Of a DNA stretch of 32,000 nt, positions 11,023 through 21,147 are shown piece after piece. The stretch is from Pasteurella multocida (lineage in GTDB: Bacteria; Pseudomonadota; Gammaproteobacteria; Enterobacterales; Pasteurellaceae), in assembly GCF_900187275.1 (NCBI RefSeq), contig NZ_LT906458.1, positions 840,001-872,000 on the forward strand, in the 5' to 3' direction. A program made the translations under genes and the position numbers. How positions within the stretch are numbered: the stretch's first letter is position 1; every line of letters starts with the position of its first letter. The notes beneath the pieces are model-generated. The model ran no database searches. It was not told where the DNA came from and saw nothing but the letters and a program-made list of their open reading frames with translations.

Positions 11023-11235
11023 TTATTTCCAGTTTTTTACTACATTAATTGCCACATTAACAATAAAACCACCTAAAAGACCTAAGGCGATGACTCCCCA
11101 CCAAGATAAATTAATATCAAAATAAATAAAAGAACTCGTTAAGAGACCAAGTGGGATTAACACAATTAGAAAAATAATCAGAAAATAGCCAACACTTTTC
11201 ACTACAAAATCAAATAAAAATTTAATTTCTCTCAT
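11023..11235 (-). CDS. Small hypothetical membrane protein (70 aa, two predicted TM segments)
   Basis: MREIKFLFDFVVKSVGYFLIIFLIVLIPLGLLTSSFIYFDINLSWWGVIALGLLGGFIVNVAINVVKNWK; hydrophobic pattern only. Confidence 0.5.
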   Translation of the reverse strand: MREIKFLFDFVVKSVGYFLIIFLIVLIPLGLLTSSFIYFDINLSWWGVIALGLLGGFIVNVAINVVKNWK

Positions 11236-11337
11236 GTATTCTCCCTCTTTTTTGTCTCCGAATACAACACAAAAAAGTCATTTTTTTCAACACAACTATT
11301 TAATTATAATCCCCTAAAATAGAAGGTTTTTTGAAGT

Positions 11338-11949
11338 TCATATACCTAACTTGTCTTTTTCTTGAACTTTTAGCATTTCTGCCAGTTGTTCTGGTGTATC
11401 AGACTTTATTAATGAATAAATCAAACTAATATTACTTTCGATATTCGATAACTGTATTATAACTTCATCTAGGGTCAATACTAAATTCATTTCATCATTT
11501 ATATTTACAATCCCTTCAGGGTATTTTTCCAATAATAATCGCTTATAATACTCCATTATAAAATCTAAGTTATTTGTACTAAAAAAATTCCCTGTAATAC
11601 GGGTAAGCCCTAATTCAGAATTTATATCCACAAAATAACTTTCAATTAAATCATTTTTAATTGGGGCAAATCTTCCCTCTATAACATATAAGTCTGTTCC
11701 GAAATTACGACTTAAATGAGTATAACTTACCCCCATATCTTCGATATGTCGTAGCGACAAACCAAATTTAAATCCCGATAAGCACGGTAAATCATTTCTG
11801 ATTCTGGCGTTTTCCACTATTTTCCTAAGCTCCTGATTTTTCTTCATCATTTGTAGTTCATTTTCCTCCTTCTTACTTTTTTTTGTAAAAGAATAAGCCA
11901 CAAAAACTAAAAATAATAAAATTAAGATAGGCAAAATTAATTCATCCAT
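11338..11949 (-). CDS. Hypothetical protein with one N-terminal TM segment (203 aa)
   Basis: MDELILPILILLFLVFVAYSFTKKSKKEEN... anchor followed by a soluble domain; no family recognised. Confidence 0.55.
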   Translation of the reverse strand: MDELILPILILLFLVFVAYSFTKKSKKEENELQMMKKNQELRKIVENARIRNDLPCLSGFKFGLSLRHIEDMGVSYTHLSRNFGTDLYVIEGRFAPIKNDLIESYFVDINSELGLTRITGNFFSTNNLDFIMEYYKRLLLEKYPEGIVNINDEMNLVLTLDEVIIQLSNIESNISLIYSLIKSDTPEQLAEMLKVQEKDKLGI

Positions 11950-12433
11950 TGATATTCCTCAATTTGTAAAAGTATGTAAATTATAAAAAACTAGAGAATG
12001 TTTTTCTGTGATAAACTTCAAATTATCGATTTTCCAGAAATTCTACATTCTGTCATCTTGATTGATCAGTAAATTTTTGCTACTAAATTTTACTCAAATC
12101 TTTCGAATACACGTTGCCGCTTTAGGTCTAGCTTTCACTAAAGAAAGTTCGGAGTAGTTGCCAATCGTAATTTTTACACGCGTTTTTAGAGATGGTTTTA
12201 ACTAGTTAAAAAACCAATTTTTGCTGTGTAGATAAATAATTAGGTTCAATCCATTTCGTTCTGAAAGATAAAATTTTTACTTTTAGGTCTAATATTATTG
12301 ATTTGAGCAACTATGAATGGTCTAATTATTTTACTGTTTAGAAGTCAATTAATAAGCTTATGTGGGGATTTTTATATTCATTTTTGAAGACTCTACATCA
12401 GCATCTGACCCTGATGATACTTTTATGACACAA

Positions 12434-12472
12434 TAAAAAAGCCAAAACCCTCTTAAATCAAGGATTTTGACC
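12434..12472 (-). terminator. Intrinsic terminator of tmRNA
   Basis: On minus GTCAAAATCCTTGATTTAAGAGGGTTTTGGCTTTTTTA: about 12-bp stem with G-U pairs, then T6. Confidence 0.8.
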
Positions 12473-12500
12473 TCTTATTATACTTTTTGATATTTTTGAT

Positions 12501-12867
12501 TGGTGGAGCTGGCGGGAGTTGAACCCGCGTCCGAAATTACTCTACCTTCAGTACTACACGTTTAGTCTCGTCTTTAATTTCATTTACCCACTGCGGACAG
12601 ACACGCGATAGATAAACTAGCTTGATTCAATTTAACGCTTCGATCCTCAAGCGGAGGCGTCCACGCGATCTCGTTTGAATTTGACTCCTCTTGATCCCCG
12701 TCTTACGAGCGGAAGCTGGGGAGAGAAGGCTATGAGCAGGTTATTAAGCTGCTAAAGCGTATTGTTCGTCGTTTGCGACTATTTTTTTGCGGTTTATTTA
12801 CGAGGCCTACCGCACCTCGACGTGCACCTTGGGCTTCACTAATCCCGTCGAATCCAGAATCAGCCCC
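12501..12867 (-). ncRNA. ssrA: tmRNA (transfer-messenger RNA)
   Basis: On minus: 5' GGGGCTGATTCTGGATTCGACGGGAT ... GCAAACGACGAACAATACGCTTTAGCAGCTTAA ... GGACGCGGGTTCAACTCCCGCCAGCTCCACCA 3'. Tag ORF at 12744-12776 encodes ANDEQYALAA*. Confidence 0.97.
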
Positions 12868-13003
12868 AAAAAGTCATGCTAGTCTAACAAAAATCCCTTA
12901 TAAATAAAAGTGTTTTCCCAGTCTTCAAAATCGAGGTCCCTATTTTTCATAGCATAATTCCTCATATACCTCTTTTATTACTGCGTTTTTTACTAACATC
13001 AGA

Positions 13004-16000
13004 TTAACTGATCGCAGCAATCACATTCAAAATCCGTTTGTCTGAAATTGGGTATTTGGTGCCGAGTTGTTGCGCGAATAAACTGACGCGTAATTCCTCA
13101 ATCATATAAGGGATTTCTTTCACCTCATCAGAGTGCGGTTTGGATTTTGGCAGTTTTGCCAGTAGCTGTTGATAGGCTTGGCTAACTTGCTCTACCCTTA
13201 ACATCGCAGCACGATCACGATTCACATCTTGCAATAATTTATCAATCCGTTTATCAATGGCCTGCAAATAGCGTTGTAAATCATTTAGGCGTGTATAACC
13301 CGTTTTCTGCACAAAGCCTTGGTAAATCAAGCCATTGAGCTGTGCTTTAATATCGGATAAGGCAAATGCCATGGTGAAATCCATTTTGCCCTTTAAGCGT
13401 TTGTTTAGTTCATAAGTCAGTATGAGGATTTGTTCTACTTGTTTGGCAATTTCTACGGTAGCTTCATTTAAATTTTCACGAATAAAATCCCGTAGCTTGT
13501 CGAAATCCGCCTCGTTCCAAACCAATCCACCAAACTCCACAATCAACTTATCCACCGCACAGGCGATACAGTCATCAATAAGATCTAACACTCGCCCAAA
13601 TGGCGTGAAATACAAGCCGAGTTTCGATTTATTTGGTAGCTTTTCGTGCAAATACTTGATTGGTGAAGGCACGTTGAGTAACAATAAACGGCGTAAGCCT
13701 TGTTGCATTGCGACCTGCTGTTCAAATTCTGTTTCAAAGAGCTTAATACCCACCGCTTCTTTTTCATCTACAATCGCTGGGAAAGCTTTCACAGTAAACC
13801 CGCGTTTTTTCTGCTCATAGCATTGTGGCAAGCTGTCAAAATTCCAAACGTGAATACCACTTTGCTCAATGCCATCATCCGCTACCGCAGAAATGCTTTC
13901 CTGTACTTGATCTTTTAATTGGAATTTAAGGCTGTCTAAATCCATGGATTCCGCAATTTTTTTGCCTTTATCATCAATCACTCTAAAGGTCATTTTTAAA
14001 TGACTTGGTAACTGATCCAATTGCCAGTTTTCTGCTTCCACCGTCACCCCTGTCATACGACGAAGCTCGTAAATCAAACTCTCTAAAAGCGGTTTTTCAA
14101 GGGGTTTAGCTCGTCCTAAAAAGGCATCGGCATAATTCGGTGCGGGCACAAAATTACGACGTAAGGCTTTCGGTAAAGATTTAATTAAGGCAATAATTAA
14201 TTCCTTACGCAATCCCGGAATTTGCCAATCAAACCCCGTCATTTCCACTTGGTTTAATAAAGGCAATGGAATATGTACTGTCACACCATCGGCATCCGTA
14301 CCGGGTTCAAATTGATAAGTAAGCTTAAATTTCAAATTGCCTTGGTGCCAGAAATTTGGGAAATCCAATTCACTGACTTGTTTCGCATTTTCTTTGGTTA
14401 AAAAGGCTTTTTCAAAATTGAGTAATTCAGGATCTTGTTGGCTTATCTTTTTCCACCAACTATCAAAATGGCGCTGCGACACCACTTCCGTGCCAATGCG
14501 TTGATCATAAAAGTCAAACAATGTCCGTTCATCCACTAAAATATCGCGACGACGGCTTTTATGTTCTAGATCTTCGATCTCTTTGATCAGTTGACGATTT
14601 TGGTGGAAAAACTTATGTTTCGTGAACCAATCTCCTTCCACCAGCGCAGATTGAATAAAAATTTCACGACTAAGCAGTGGATCAATCGATCCATAATTCA
14701 CTGGACGACTTGCCACAATAGGTACACCATAAAGGCTCACTTTTTCATCCGCCAGCACCGCCCCTTTAGACTTTGACCAGCGAGGCTCCGCGTAGGATTT
14801 TTTCACTAAATGCAAGGCTAGAGGCTCGATCCATTCTGGTTCAATATCCGCCACCATTCGTCCCCAAAGCCTTGAGGTTTCCACCAATTCCGCAGCCATG
14901 ACCCATTTGGGCTGTTTTTTAAACAGCACAGAATTAGGAAAAATCGCAAAATGGGCATTACGCGCACCTAAATATTGGCTTTTTTCACTTTCTTTCATGC
15001 CAATATGGGAAAGTAAACCACTCAAAAGTGCGGTATGAATTTGGGCATATTCTGCAGGTTGTGAATTAATCGGCAAGCCCATTTCACGCACCGTCAAACG
15101 AATTTGATGATAAATATCCTGCCATTCTCGGATTCTTAAATAGTTTAAATAATCCTTTTGGCACAAACGGCGGAATTGATTTTTCGATAATGCTTTTTGT
15201 TGTGTTTGGATAAATTGCCATAAATTCAAAAAGGCGAGAAAATCGGATTTTTTATCGGCAAAACGGCGATGTTTATCGTCAGCAGATTGTTGTTTTTCCT
15301 GCGGACGTTCACGGGGATCTTGAATAGAAAGCGCAGACACGATAATCATCACTTCATGTAAACAATTAAATTTCACCGCAGTCAACAACATTTTGGCTAA
15401 ACGTGGATCCACGGGTAGCTGCGCTAATTGTTTACCCTGTTGTGTTAATTGACGCTTTTCGCCAAATTTGGTTTTCACAAAATGAAACACTTCCAGCTCT
15501 TCGAGGAGTTTAATGCCGTCTTGGATATTGCGTTTATCCGGCGCATCCACAAAGGGAAAGGCATCAATATCATCTAAGCCCAATGCGGTCATTTGTAAAA
15601 TCACCGAGGCTAAATTGGTGCGTAAAATTTCAGGATCGGTAAATTCAGGACGGCTGTTAAAATCCTCTTCTGAATATAAACGAATACAAATCCCTTCACT
15701 GACCCGTCCGCAACGTCCTTTACGTTGATTAGCGGACGCTTGTGAAATCGGCTCAATCGGTAAACGCTGCACTTTAGTGCGGTAACTATAACGGGAGATT
15801 CTGGCAGTACCCGGATCGATCACATATTTGATCCCCGGTACCGTTAAGGAGGTTTCTGCCACGTTGGTGGCAAGCACAATGCGGTTTAAGCCTGATGGAT
15901 GAAAAATTTTATTCTGTTCTTGTGCTGACAAGCGAGCAAAGAGCGGTAGGATTTCTGTGTGTTTTAAATCTTGTTTTTGCAATGCTTCTGCGGTATCACG

Positions 16001-16918
16001 AATTTCTCGCTCGCCATTCATAAAAATCAAGATATCGCCACGCCCTTCTGCTTGCAGTTCATCCACCGCATCTAAAATGGCTTGCAATTGATCTTGCTCT
16101 TCATTTTCGACCACGGGACGATAACGCACTTCCACTGGATAAGTTCTACCTGATACTTCAATAATTGGAGCATTGTTAAAATGTTTAGAAAAACGTTCCA
16201 CATCAATGGTAGCAGAAGTAATGATCACTTTCAGATCGGGACGTTTTGGCAGAAGTTGTTTTAAATAACCTAGAATAAAATCATTATTCAGGCTACGTTC
16301 GTGTGCTTCGTCAATAATCAGCGTATCATATTGATTCAAAAAACGATCGTTTTGAATTTCAGCTAACAAAATTCCATCGGTCATCAATTTGACCATAGTA
16401 TTATCACTGATTTGATCGTTAAAACGTACCTTATAACCCACAAGATCGCCCAGCTCGCTTTTTAATTCTTCGGCAATACGGCTTGCCACAGAACGTGCGG
16501 CGATTCGACGAGGTTGTGTGTGCCCAATTAAACCTTTTGTTCCGCGCCCTAATTCCAAACACATCTTGGGTAATTGCGTAGTTTTACCCGAGCCCGTCTC
16601 TCCCGCAATCACCACAACTTGATGTTGTGAAATCAATTTTTGAATTTCTGCTTTGCGTTGGCTAACCGGTAAATTTTCTGGAAATTCAATTGTTTTGACC
16701 GCACTTTTACGTTGCATTAAACGTACTTGTGCGAGTTGAATCTGCTCTTCAATTTCAGTGGCAACCGTTTGTTGCGTTTGTACATTTTTAATGCTGGATA
16801 GCCCCTTAATACGTGCCAACAACTGGCGATAATCCACATTCATCACATCTTTTAATTGTGTGAAAAGTGCCTGTTGCAAGGTATTAAATGGGCTGTTCTT
16901 AGTGCTTTTTTTCATCAT
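13004..16918 (-). CDS. hrpA: ATP-dependent RNA helicase HrpA (DEAH box)
   Basis: 1304 aa; GETGSGKTTQLPK, DEAH, SATID and QRKGRCGR motifs. Confidence 0.97.
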   Translation of the reverse strand: MMKKSTKNSPFNTLQQALFTQLKDVMNVDYRQLLARIKGLSSIKNVQTQQTVATEIEEQIQLAQVRLMQRKSAVKTIEFPENLPVSQRKAEIQKLISQHQVVVIAGETGSGKTTQLPKMCLELGRGTKGLIGHTQPRRIAARSVASRIAEELKSELGDLVGYKVRFNDQISDNTMVKLMTDGILLAEIQNDRFLNQYDTLIIDEAHERSLNNDFILGYLKQLLPKRPDLKVIITSATIDVERFSKHFNNAPIIEVSGRTYPVEVRYRPVVENEEQDQLQAILDAVDELQAEGRGDILIFMNGEREIRDTAEALQKQDLKHTEILPLFARLSAQEQNKIFHPSGLNRIVLATNVAETSLTVPGIKYVIDPGTARISRYSYRTKVQRLPIEPISQASANQRKGRCGRVSEGICIRLYSEEDFNSRPEFTDPEILRTNLASVILQMTALGLDDIDAFPFVDAPDKRNIQDGIKLLEELEVFHFVKTKFGEKRQLTQQGKQLAQLPVDPRLAKMLLTAVKFNCLHEVMIIVSALSIQDPRERPQEKQQSADDKHRRFADKKSDFLAFLNLWQFIQTQQKALSKNQFRRLCQKDYLNYLRIREWQDIYHQIRLTVREMGLPINSQPAEYAQIHTALLSGLLSHIGMKESEKSQYLGARNAHFAIFPNSVLFKKQPKWVMAAELVETSRLWGRMVADIEPEWIEPLALHLVKKSYAEPRWSKSKGAVLADEKVSLYGVPIVASRPVNYGSIDPLLSREIFIQSALVEGDWFTKHKFFHQNRQLIKEIEDLEHKSRRRDILVDERTLFDFYDQRIGTEVVSQRHFDSWWKKISQQDPELLNFEKAFLTKENAKQVSELDFPNFWHQGNLKFKLTYQFEPGTDADGVTVHIPLPLLNQVEMTGFDWQIPGLRKELIIALIKSLPKALRRNFVPAPNYADAFLGRAKPLEKPLLESLIYELRRMTGVTVEAENWQLDQLPSHLKMTFRVIDDKGKKIAESMDLDSLKFQLKDQVQESISAVADDGIEQSGIHVWNFDSLPQCYEQKKRGFTVKAFPAIVDEKEAVGIKLFETEFEQQVAMQQGLRRLLLLNVPSPIKYLHEKLPNKSKLGLYFTPFGRVLDLIDDCIACAVDKLIVEFGGLVWNEADFDKLRDFIRENLNEATVEIAKQVEQILILTYELNKRLKGKMDFTMAFALSDIKAQLNGLIYQGFVQKTGYTRLNDLQRYLQAIDKRIDKLLQDVNRDRAAMLRVEQVSQAYQQLLAKLPKSKPHSDEVKEIPYMIEELRVSLFAQQLGTKYPISDKRILNVIAAIS
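15026..15034 (+). repeat. DNA uptake signal core within hrpA
   Basis: AAGTGCGGT exact 9-mer. Confidence 0.75.
16698..16706 (-). repeat. DNA uptake signal core within hrpA
   Basis: ACCGCACTT, the reverse complement of AAGTGCGGT. Confidence 0.75.
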
Positions 16919-17299
16919 GACTTATTTTTATAACTTCTATAAGCTAACATCGCCCAACCAATTAGAAATAACGTGCCACCAATTGGCGTTAACCAAGCAA
17001 CGGATTTTGTTGCCCCTAACGCTAAGGCGTACAAACTACCACTTAAAGAGGACAATACCTAAACTCCAGGTTGAACCAATCCAGTTTATCACTCGATCTA
17101 TGTCTGCTTTTAAATATAGCTGCAAGGTACCCAATACCATCAACGCGACGGTATGAAAGAATTGATATTTTAAGCCGGTTTCAATCCAGGCAAGGGCTTT
17201 TGGCGTCAAGGTTTTTTCTAAGCCATGCGCCGCAAATGCACCGAATGCAATACAGAAAAAGCCGCTCAATGCGGCAATAAATAACCATTTATTTTTCAT
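16915..17299 (-). pseudogene. DUF423 inner-membrane protein, frameshifted
   Basis: The intact frame covers only 17036-17299 (87 aa, ending ...GIVLFKW*). Removing one base at about 17043-17044 restores ...GIVLFSGSLYALALGATKSVAWLTPIGGTLFLIGWAMLAYRSYKNKS*, which ends at 16915. Confidence 0.8.
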
Positions 17300-17320
17300 C
17301 TTGTCCTCTTAACAATAATT

Positions 17321-17773
17321 TTAAGATTTTCCTAAGAATAAAGATAAGATCCCCGCAGCGATTAACGGTCCAACTGGAATACCGCCAACAAAAGCAACAC
17401 CAAGAATGGTCCCTACCAATAATCCAGTTAATAATACAGGTTGTGCGCCCATTAATCCAACACCACGCCCGCCTAACCAAGCCACTAATAATCCAACGGC
17501 AACAGCAAGCCACATTTTCCAATTTAGAAAAACCGCCAAATGCGGTAGCTGAATTTTACCTGACACAATCGGACTTAGCACGCCAATCGTCAAAATAATA
17601 ATACCCAATGTGATGCCGTGTTTTTCCATAAAAGGAATATATTTGGCTAAAAAAGTTTGCTGCATCAATAACAAAATTGCAGCAGAGATGGTGACGGAAC
17701 TATTATTACTGAGTACGCCCAGTAAAATTAAAACCACCAGTAATAAGGCGACGGTATTAAATTGTAAAGACAT
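17321..17773 (-). CDS. DUF441 family membrane protein (YeaL-like)
   Basis: 150 aa; [41 protein letters not shown] and [42 protein letters not shown]. Confidence 0.88.
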   Translation of the reverse strand: MSLQFNTVALLLVVLILLGVLSNNSSVTISAAILLLMQQTFLAKYIPFMEKHGITLGIIILTIGVLSPIVSGKIQLPHLAVFLNWKMWLAVAVGLLVAWLGGRGVGLMGAQPVLLTGLLVGTILGVAFVGGIPVGPLIAAGILSLFLGKS

Positions 17774-17808
17774 AATTTTCTCTAGTTTGAACTTAAAGGT
17801 TAAAATAG

Positions 17809-19035
17809 TTATTGATTATAAGGATAGCGTAAAATGACTTTGCTATAGAAACTCCCATTAATCTGTGTTTTAGATAAGTGATACTTTCGATATGCTTCAA
17901 ACACTTTCGCCTCTGGCAATCCCTTATTATGCCAGAAACTGTGCAAATTACCTTGATAAGTTAATCCTTCAAAGTTGTAACTTGCTCTGCCTAAGGTCAA
18001 AACTGGCATACGGTGTAACAAGGCAGAAATTCCACTTGTACTATTTAAGGTAATCATTCCCTTCCCTTTTCTCAATAAAATGGGTGTCGGAACGTCATGA
18101 ACATAAAAGATTCGCTTTTTAAACGCGGGATATTGTGTTTTATATTGTTTAATTACATGCCCATAATCGACAAATCCCCTATCCATTGGGTGATGCTTGA
18201 TAATCAAATTAAGTGCGCTCGGAGCATGATAAATAAATGACTCCAAGATTTCCTTTAAAAAAGCGTCAACACTTTCATAGTCACAATGTATTCTCACTTG
18301 ACTATCATCATACACTTGCAAAGGCACGAGGAAAAAATCCCCTAATTTACCTGCTGCTACTTTCTTCCCAAAAGAACGATCTTGCCAATAATAGTAAGCT
18401 CTTTTTATTCCTGAAGTTAGCCATAACTTAATATAATATTTCAAATCTAAAATACGATGATGTTGATAATCAGGATATTTATCTTGATTAAAGTAGGCTT
18501 TGGTATAGTATTTTATCGCAATAGTTGCCAATGGAATAAAGCCTTTTGCTAACTTTAACGGTTCAGGAGGAAGTGGACAATGAAGTGCCTGTTTCAAAAA
18601 AAAATTAGCATCTCTCGGGAGCGTTGAAAAATTATTAACGCCATTTTTCTCCAACGTCACATAATCCGGTCTAAAATAGCCTTCTTCAAAAACCCAAAAC
18701 GAAATTTTCTGTTTATCTGCAACGATTTTAGCAATGCGATGATAAGCCCGTGTATCACCAAAACAAATGATCGCATCAATCGAATGTTGGTGACAAAAAA
18801 AACGAAGATACTGGTCAAACTGATCTAACTGTCCCTGGTAGGCAAAAGTCTGAGGAATAGAATTAGGATAAAAAGCCTCATCACCAGAATTAAAATTTAT
18901 TTTAAATACTTGTTTGTGAAACGTTTTTAGCCATGCTGACAGTTCTGTAAAAAAAGGACCAATTGGACCTTGTAATAATAAATAGTTCGTTGATGATTCA
19001 AGTAATTCATCTAAATTATGCTTAAGCACATCCAT
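17809..19035 (-). CDS. phyB: Capsule polysaccharide modification/export protein, KpsS/LipB-like (Kdo-linker transferase family)
   Basis: 408 aa; [72 protein letters not shown]; downstream partner of phyA. Confidence 0.9.
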   Translation of the reverse strand: MDVLKHNLDELLESSTNYLLLQGPIGPFFTELSAWLKTFHKQVFKINFNSGDEAFYPNSIPQTFAYQGQLDQFDQYLRFFCHQHSIDAIICFGDTRAYHRIAKIVADKQKISFWVFEEGYFRPDYVTLEKNGVNNFSTLPRDANFFLKQALHCPLPPEPLKLAKGFIPLATIAIKYYTKAYFNQDKYPDYQHHRILDLKYYIKLWLTSGIKRAYYYWQDRSFGKKVAAGKLGDFFLVPLQVYDDSQVRIHCDYESVDAFLKEILESFIYHAPSALNLIIKHHPMDRGFVDYGHVIKQYKTQYPAFKKRIFYVHDVPTPILLRKGKGMITLNSTSGISALLHRMPVLTLGRASYNFEGLTYQGNLHSFWHNKGLPEAKVFEAYRKYHLSKTQINGSFYSKVILRYPYNQ

Positions 19036-19044
19036 ATTAAGACA

Positions 19045-21102
19045 CTACCTCAAAACAGAATAAACATTTTTTAATTTCATAAAAATATTCATAAAATAAT
19101 TTGTATGTAATTTATTATTTTTTATTTTTCGACGTTTCTCGATCAGAATATCAACCGCTCGCTGCACATCGATCATTGTTTTTGTTTTTGGGTCAATATA
19201 TTGTGGGTAATAAATCAGCACGCCAGCAATTAATTCTAAAAGACTTAACTTCCGACTTCTTCGGTTTAGAGAAAGATGATCCACTGTTAGCCCCCAGTTA
19301 GAATAAAAAGGCAAGCCATAACAATGTACTTTTTTCTCGCGCAGTAACGCTTCAAACCCCGCTAAAGAGGTCATCGTATGCACTTCATCCACTTGGTTAA
19401 TGCAATCCAATATATTGGCTTTCTCAACCACGAAATCAGCATACTGTCGATAATCATCTAGACGATCTGTGTTTTTACGATTGCCTGCAACCACATCAGG
19501 ATGAGGTTTATAAATAATATAGGCTTGGGGATTATTTTTTCTGACCGTACATAATAACTCTGCATTCGTACGAATATGCGGTGAACCATATTGAATTGAA
19601 GCATCATTTTCCACTTGTCCCACAACTAAAAGTTTATTTTGTCTGATGTGTGTTAGGCATAAGTGTGTATGTCCCACATTATATTTACCAATATGTTGCT
19701 CAATCAGTGTTTTCTTTAACGTTTCTGCGCGCTGTAAATCCTTTAGAGTAAAGGATTGATGCTGTAGAATATCCTCTAATCGGGAACGAGATTGGGCGTC
19801 AAAATAAATGCCAACGTCATCTAAAACTAATGATATCGGTGGCGTTAAATTAGACCCTAACCCAACTGAACGTAAAAAACCATCTTCCATTCTCAAAAGA
19901 GGAAGTTGCTGTTGCTTGGCATATTCAACTACTTCAATGTGTGAATGTCCCCACACCACTATTTTAGCCTGAGATTTCTCGTGAATACATCGCTTTAGCT
20001 CATGCACATTCAGCACAAAATGTAAACGACAGCGTGGAAATTGAAAAAAGGGTTGAACCACTTTACGTTTCCAAAAGCGCATACCCACACAATAAATATC
20101 ACCAGCTAACTGATTGGTTACTTTTTTTGCTTGAATCAGATAATCAATGACATCAAACAATGTGCCTGATTTACCCGTATTAGGATTAATATAACGACAA
20201 TATTGAAAATAAGCAGCATAGAATAACTGCAACAATGAACGCTTCGCTCTTCTCTTACTCTGTTTTAGCTGACGAATATACGCATTCCGATCATCCGTCA
20301 ATCCCCAACCAGAAAACCAGGCAGCCCCAAAAGTCACGACAGTTTTTCCTAACAAAAGGGCCTCAAACCCAGTGTGAGATGTCACGCAATAAACTTTATC
20401 AACATGCTTTAGTAGTGAGATAGAATTAAAATCTTCTGATAATACTTTTACTCTTGGAAATTGCTGATATTCCGTTAAATAGCCTTGTTTTTTACCACAC
20501 ATTACATCAGGATGGGTTTTTAACCAGATTTCTGCTGTTGGATTTTCAATAATCGCACGTTCTAACATATGTAGAAAATCACTCTGCTCGGCATTCCCGA
20601 AAGTAACTGCCATATCGCCATATGTTTGATCAACGACTAAGACAATCGGCCTCTTCGTATTCTGTAAAGGTGTATCAATAGCGTGGTTATATTTGGAAAG
20701 GTTATGTGTACAAATTAATTCAATTGCATATTCAACTTGATCGACTTTTTCCTGAAGTAATACATCTTGAGAAAGAATTAAGTTTTCTAAACGAGAAGGC
20801 TGATTGATATCATAATAAATACCAATATCATCGTACACTAATGAGAAAGGTGGATACCCATCCACACCCAGTCCAATAGAACGTAAAAAACCATCTTCTA
20901 TCGTCGCATAAGGTAAATCATGTTGTTGTGCAAAATACCTCGCTTTCTTTGATGATGCTTTATATCCCCATTCTAAAATACATGTTCTCTCCTTTTTCCA
21001 TGTGACAAATGGAGAGAACATTTTCAAGCGTTGGGTAAAAAAACCGCTTAAATAAGGAATTTTTAACATCCCTTTAGAAAAAATAAGAAACTCTTGATAC
21101 AT
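19045..21102 (-). CDS. phyA: Capsule polysaccharide modification/export protein, KpsC/LipA-like, with two homologous halves
   Basis: The tracked 700-aa ORF extends to a TTG at 21147. A start at ATG 21102 (MYQEFLIFSKGML) is equally plausible. Duplicated motifs EDGFLRSIGLG and EDGFLRSVGLG, each followed by a PPxSLVxDDxGIYxD segment. Confidence 0.88.
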   Translation of the reverse strand: MYQEFLIFSKGMLKIPYLSGFFTQRLKMFSPFVTWKKERTCILEWGYKASSKKARYFAQQHDLPYATIEDGFLRSIGLGVDGYPPFSLVYDDIGIYYDINQPSRLENLILSQDVLLQEKVDQVEYAIELICTHNLSKYNHAIDTPLQNTKRPIVLVVDQTYGDMAVTFGNAEQSDFLHMLERAIIENPTAEIWLKTHPDVMCGKKQGYLTEYQQFPRVKVLSEDFNSISLLKHVDKVYCVTSHTGFEALLLGKTVVTFGAAWFSGWGLTDDRNAYIRQLKQSKRRAKRSLLQLFYAAYFQYCRYINPNTGKSGTLFDVIDYLIQAKKVTNQLAGDIYCVGMRFWKRKVVQPFFQFPRCRLHFVLNVHELKRCIHEKSQAKIVVWGHSHIEVVEYAKQQQLPLLRMEDGFLRSVGLGSNLTPPISLVLDDVGIYFDAQSRSRLEDILQHQSFTLKDLQRAETLKKTLIEQHIGKYNVGHTHLCLTHIRQNKLLVVGQVENDASIQYGSPHIRTNAELLCTVRKNNPQAYIIYKPHPDVVAGNRKNTDRLDDYRQYADFVVEKANILDCINQVDEVHTMTSLAGFEALLREKKVHCYGLPFYSNWGLTVDHLSLNRRSRKLSLLELIAGVLIYYPQYIDPKTKTMIDVQRAVDILIEKRRKIKNNKLHTNYFMNIFMKLKNVYSVLR

Positions 21103-21147
21103 ATTTAATCTAATATAGTCATATAAAATTGACATATTATAAATCAA

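Noticed and set aside
12434-12867. Prophage or integrative element attachment site at ssrA
   Set aside because: No integrase gene and no second copy of the tmRNA 3' end seen in the window; kept only as an unproven idea for the adjacent orphan segment.
13422-15728. Several 60-132 aa plus-strand ORFs antisense to hrpA
   Set aside because: Short, overlap a strongly supported CDS, no domain signatures.
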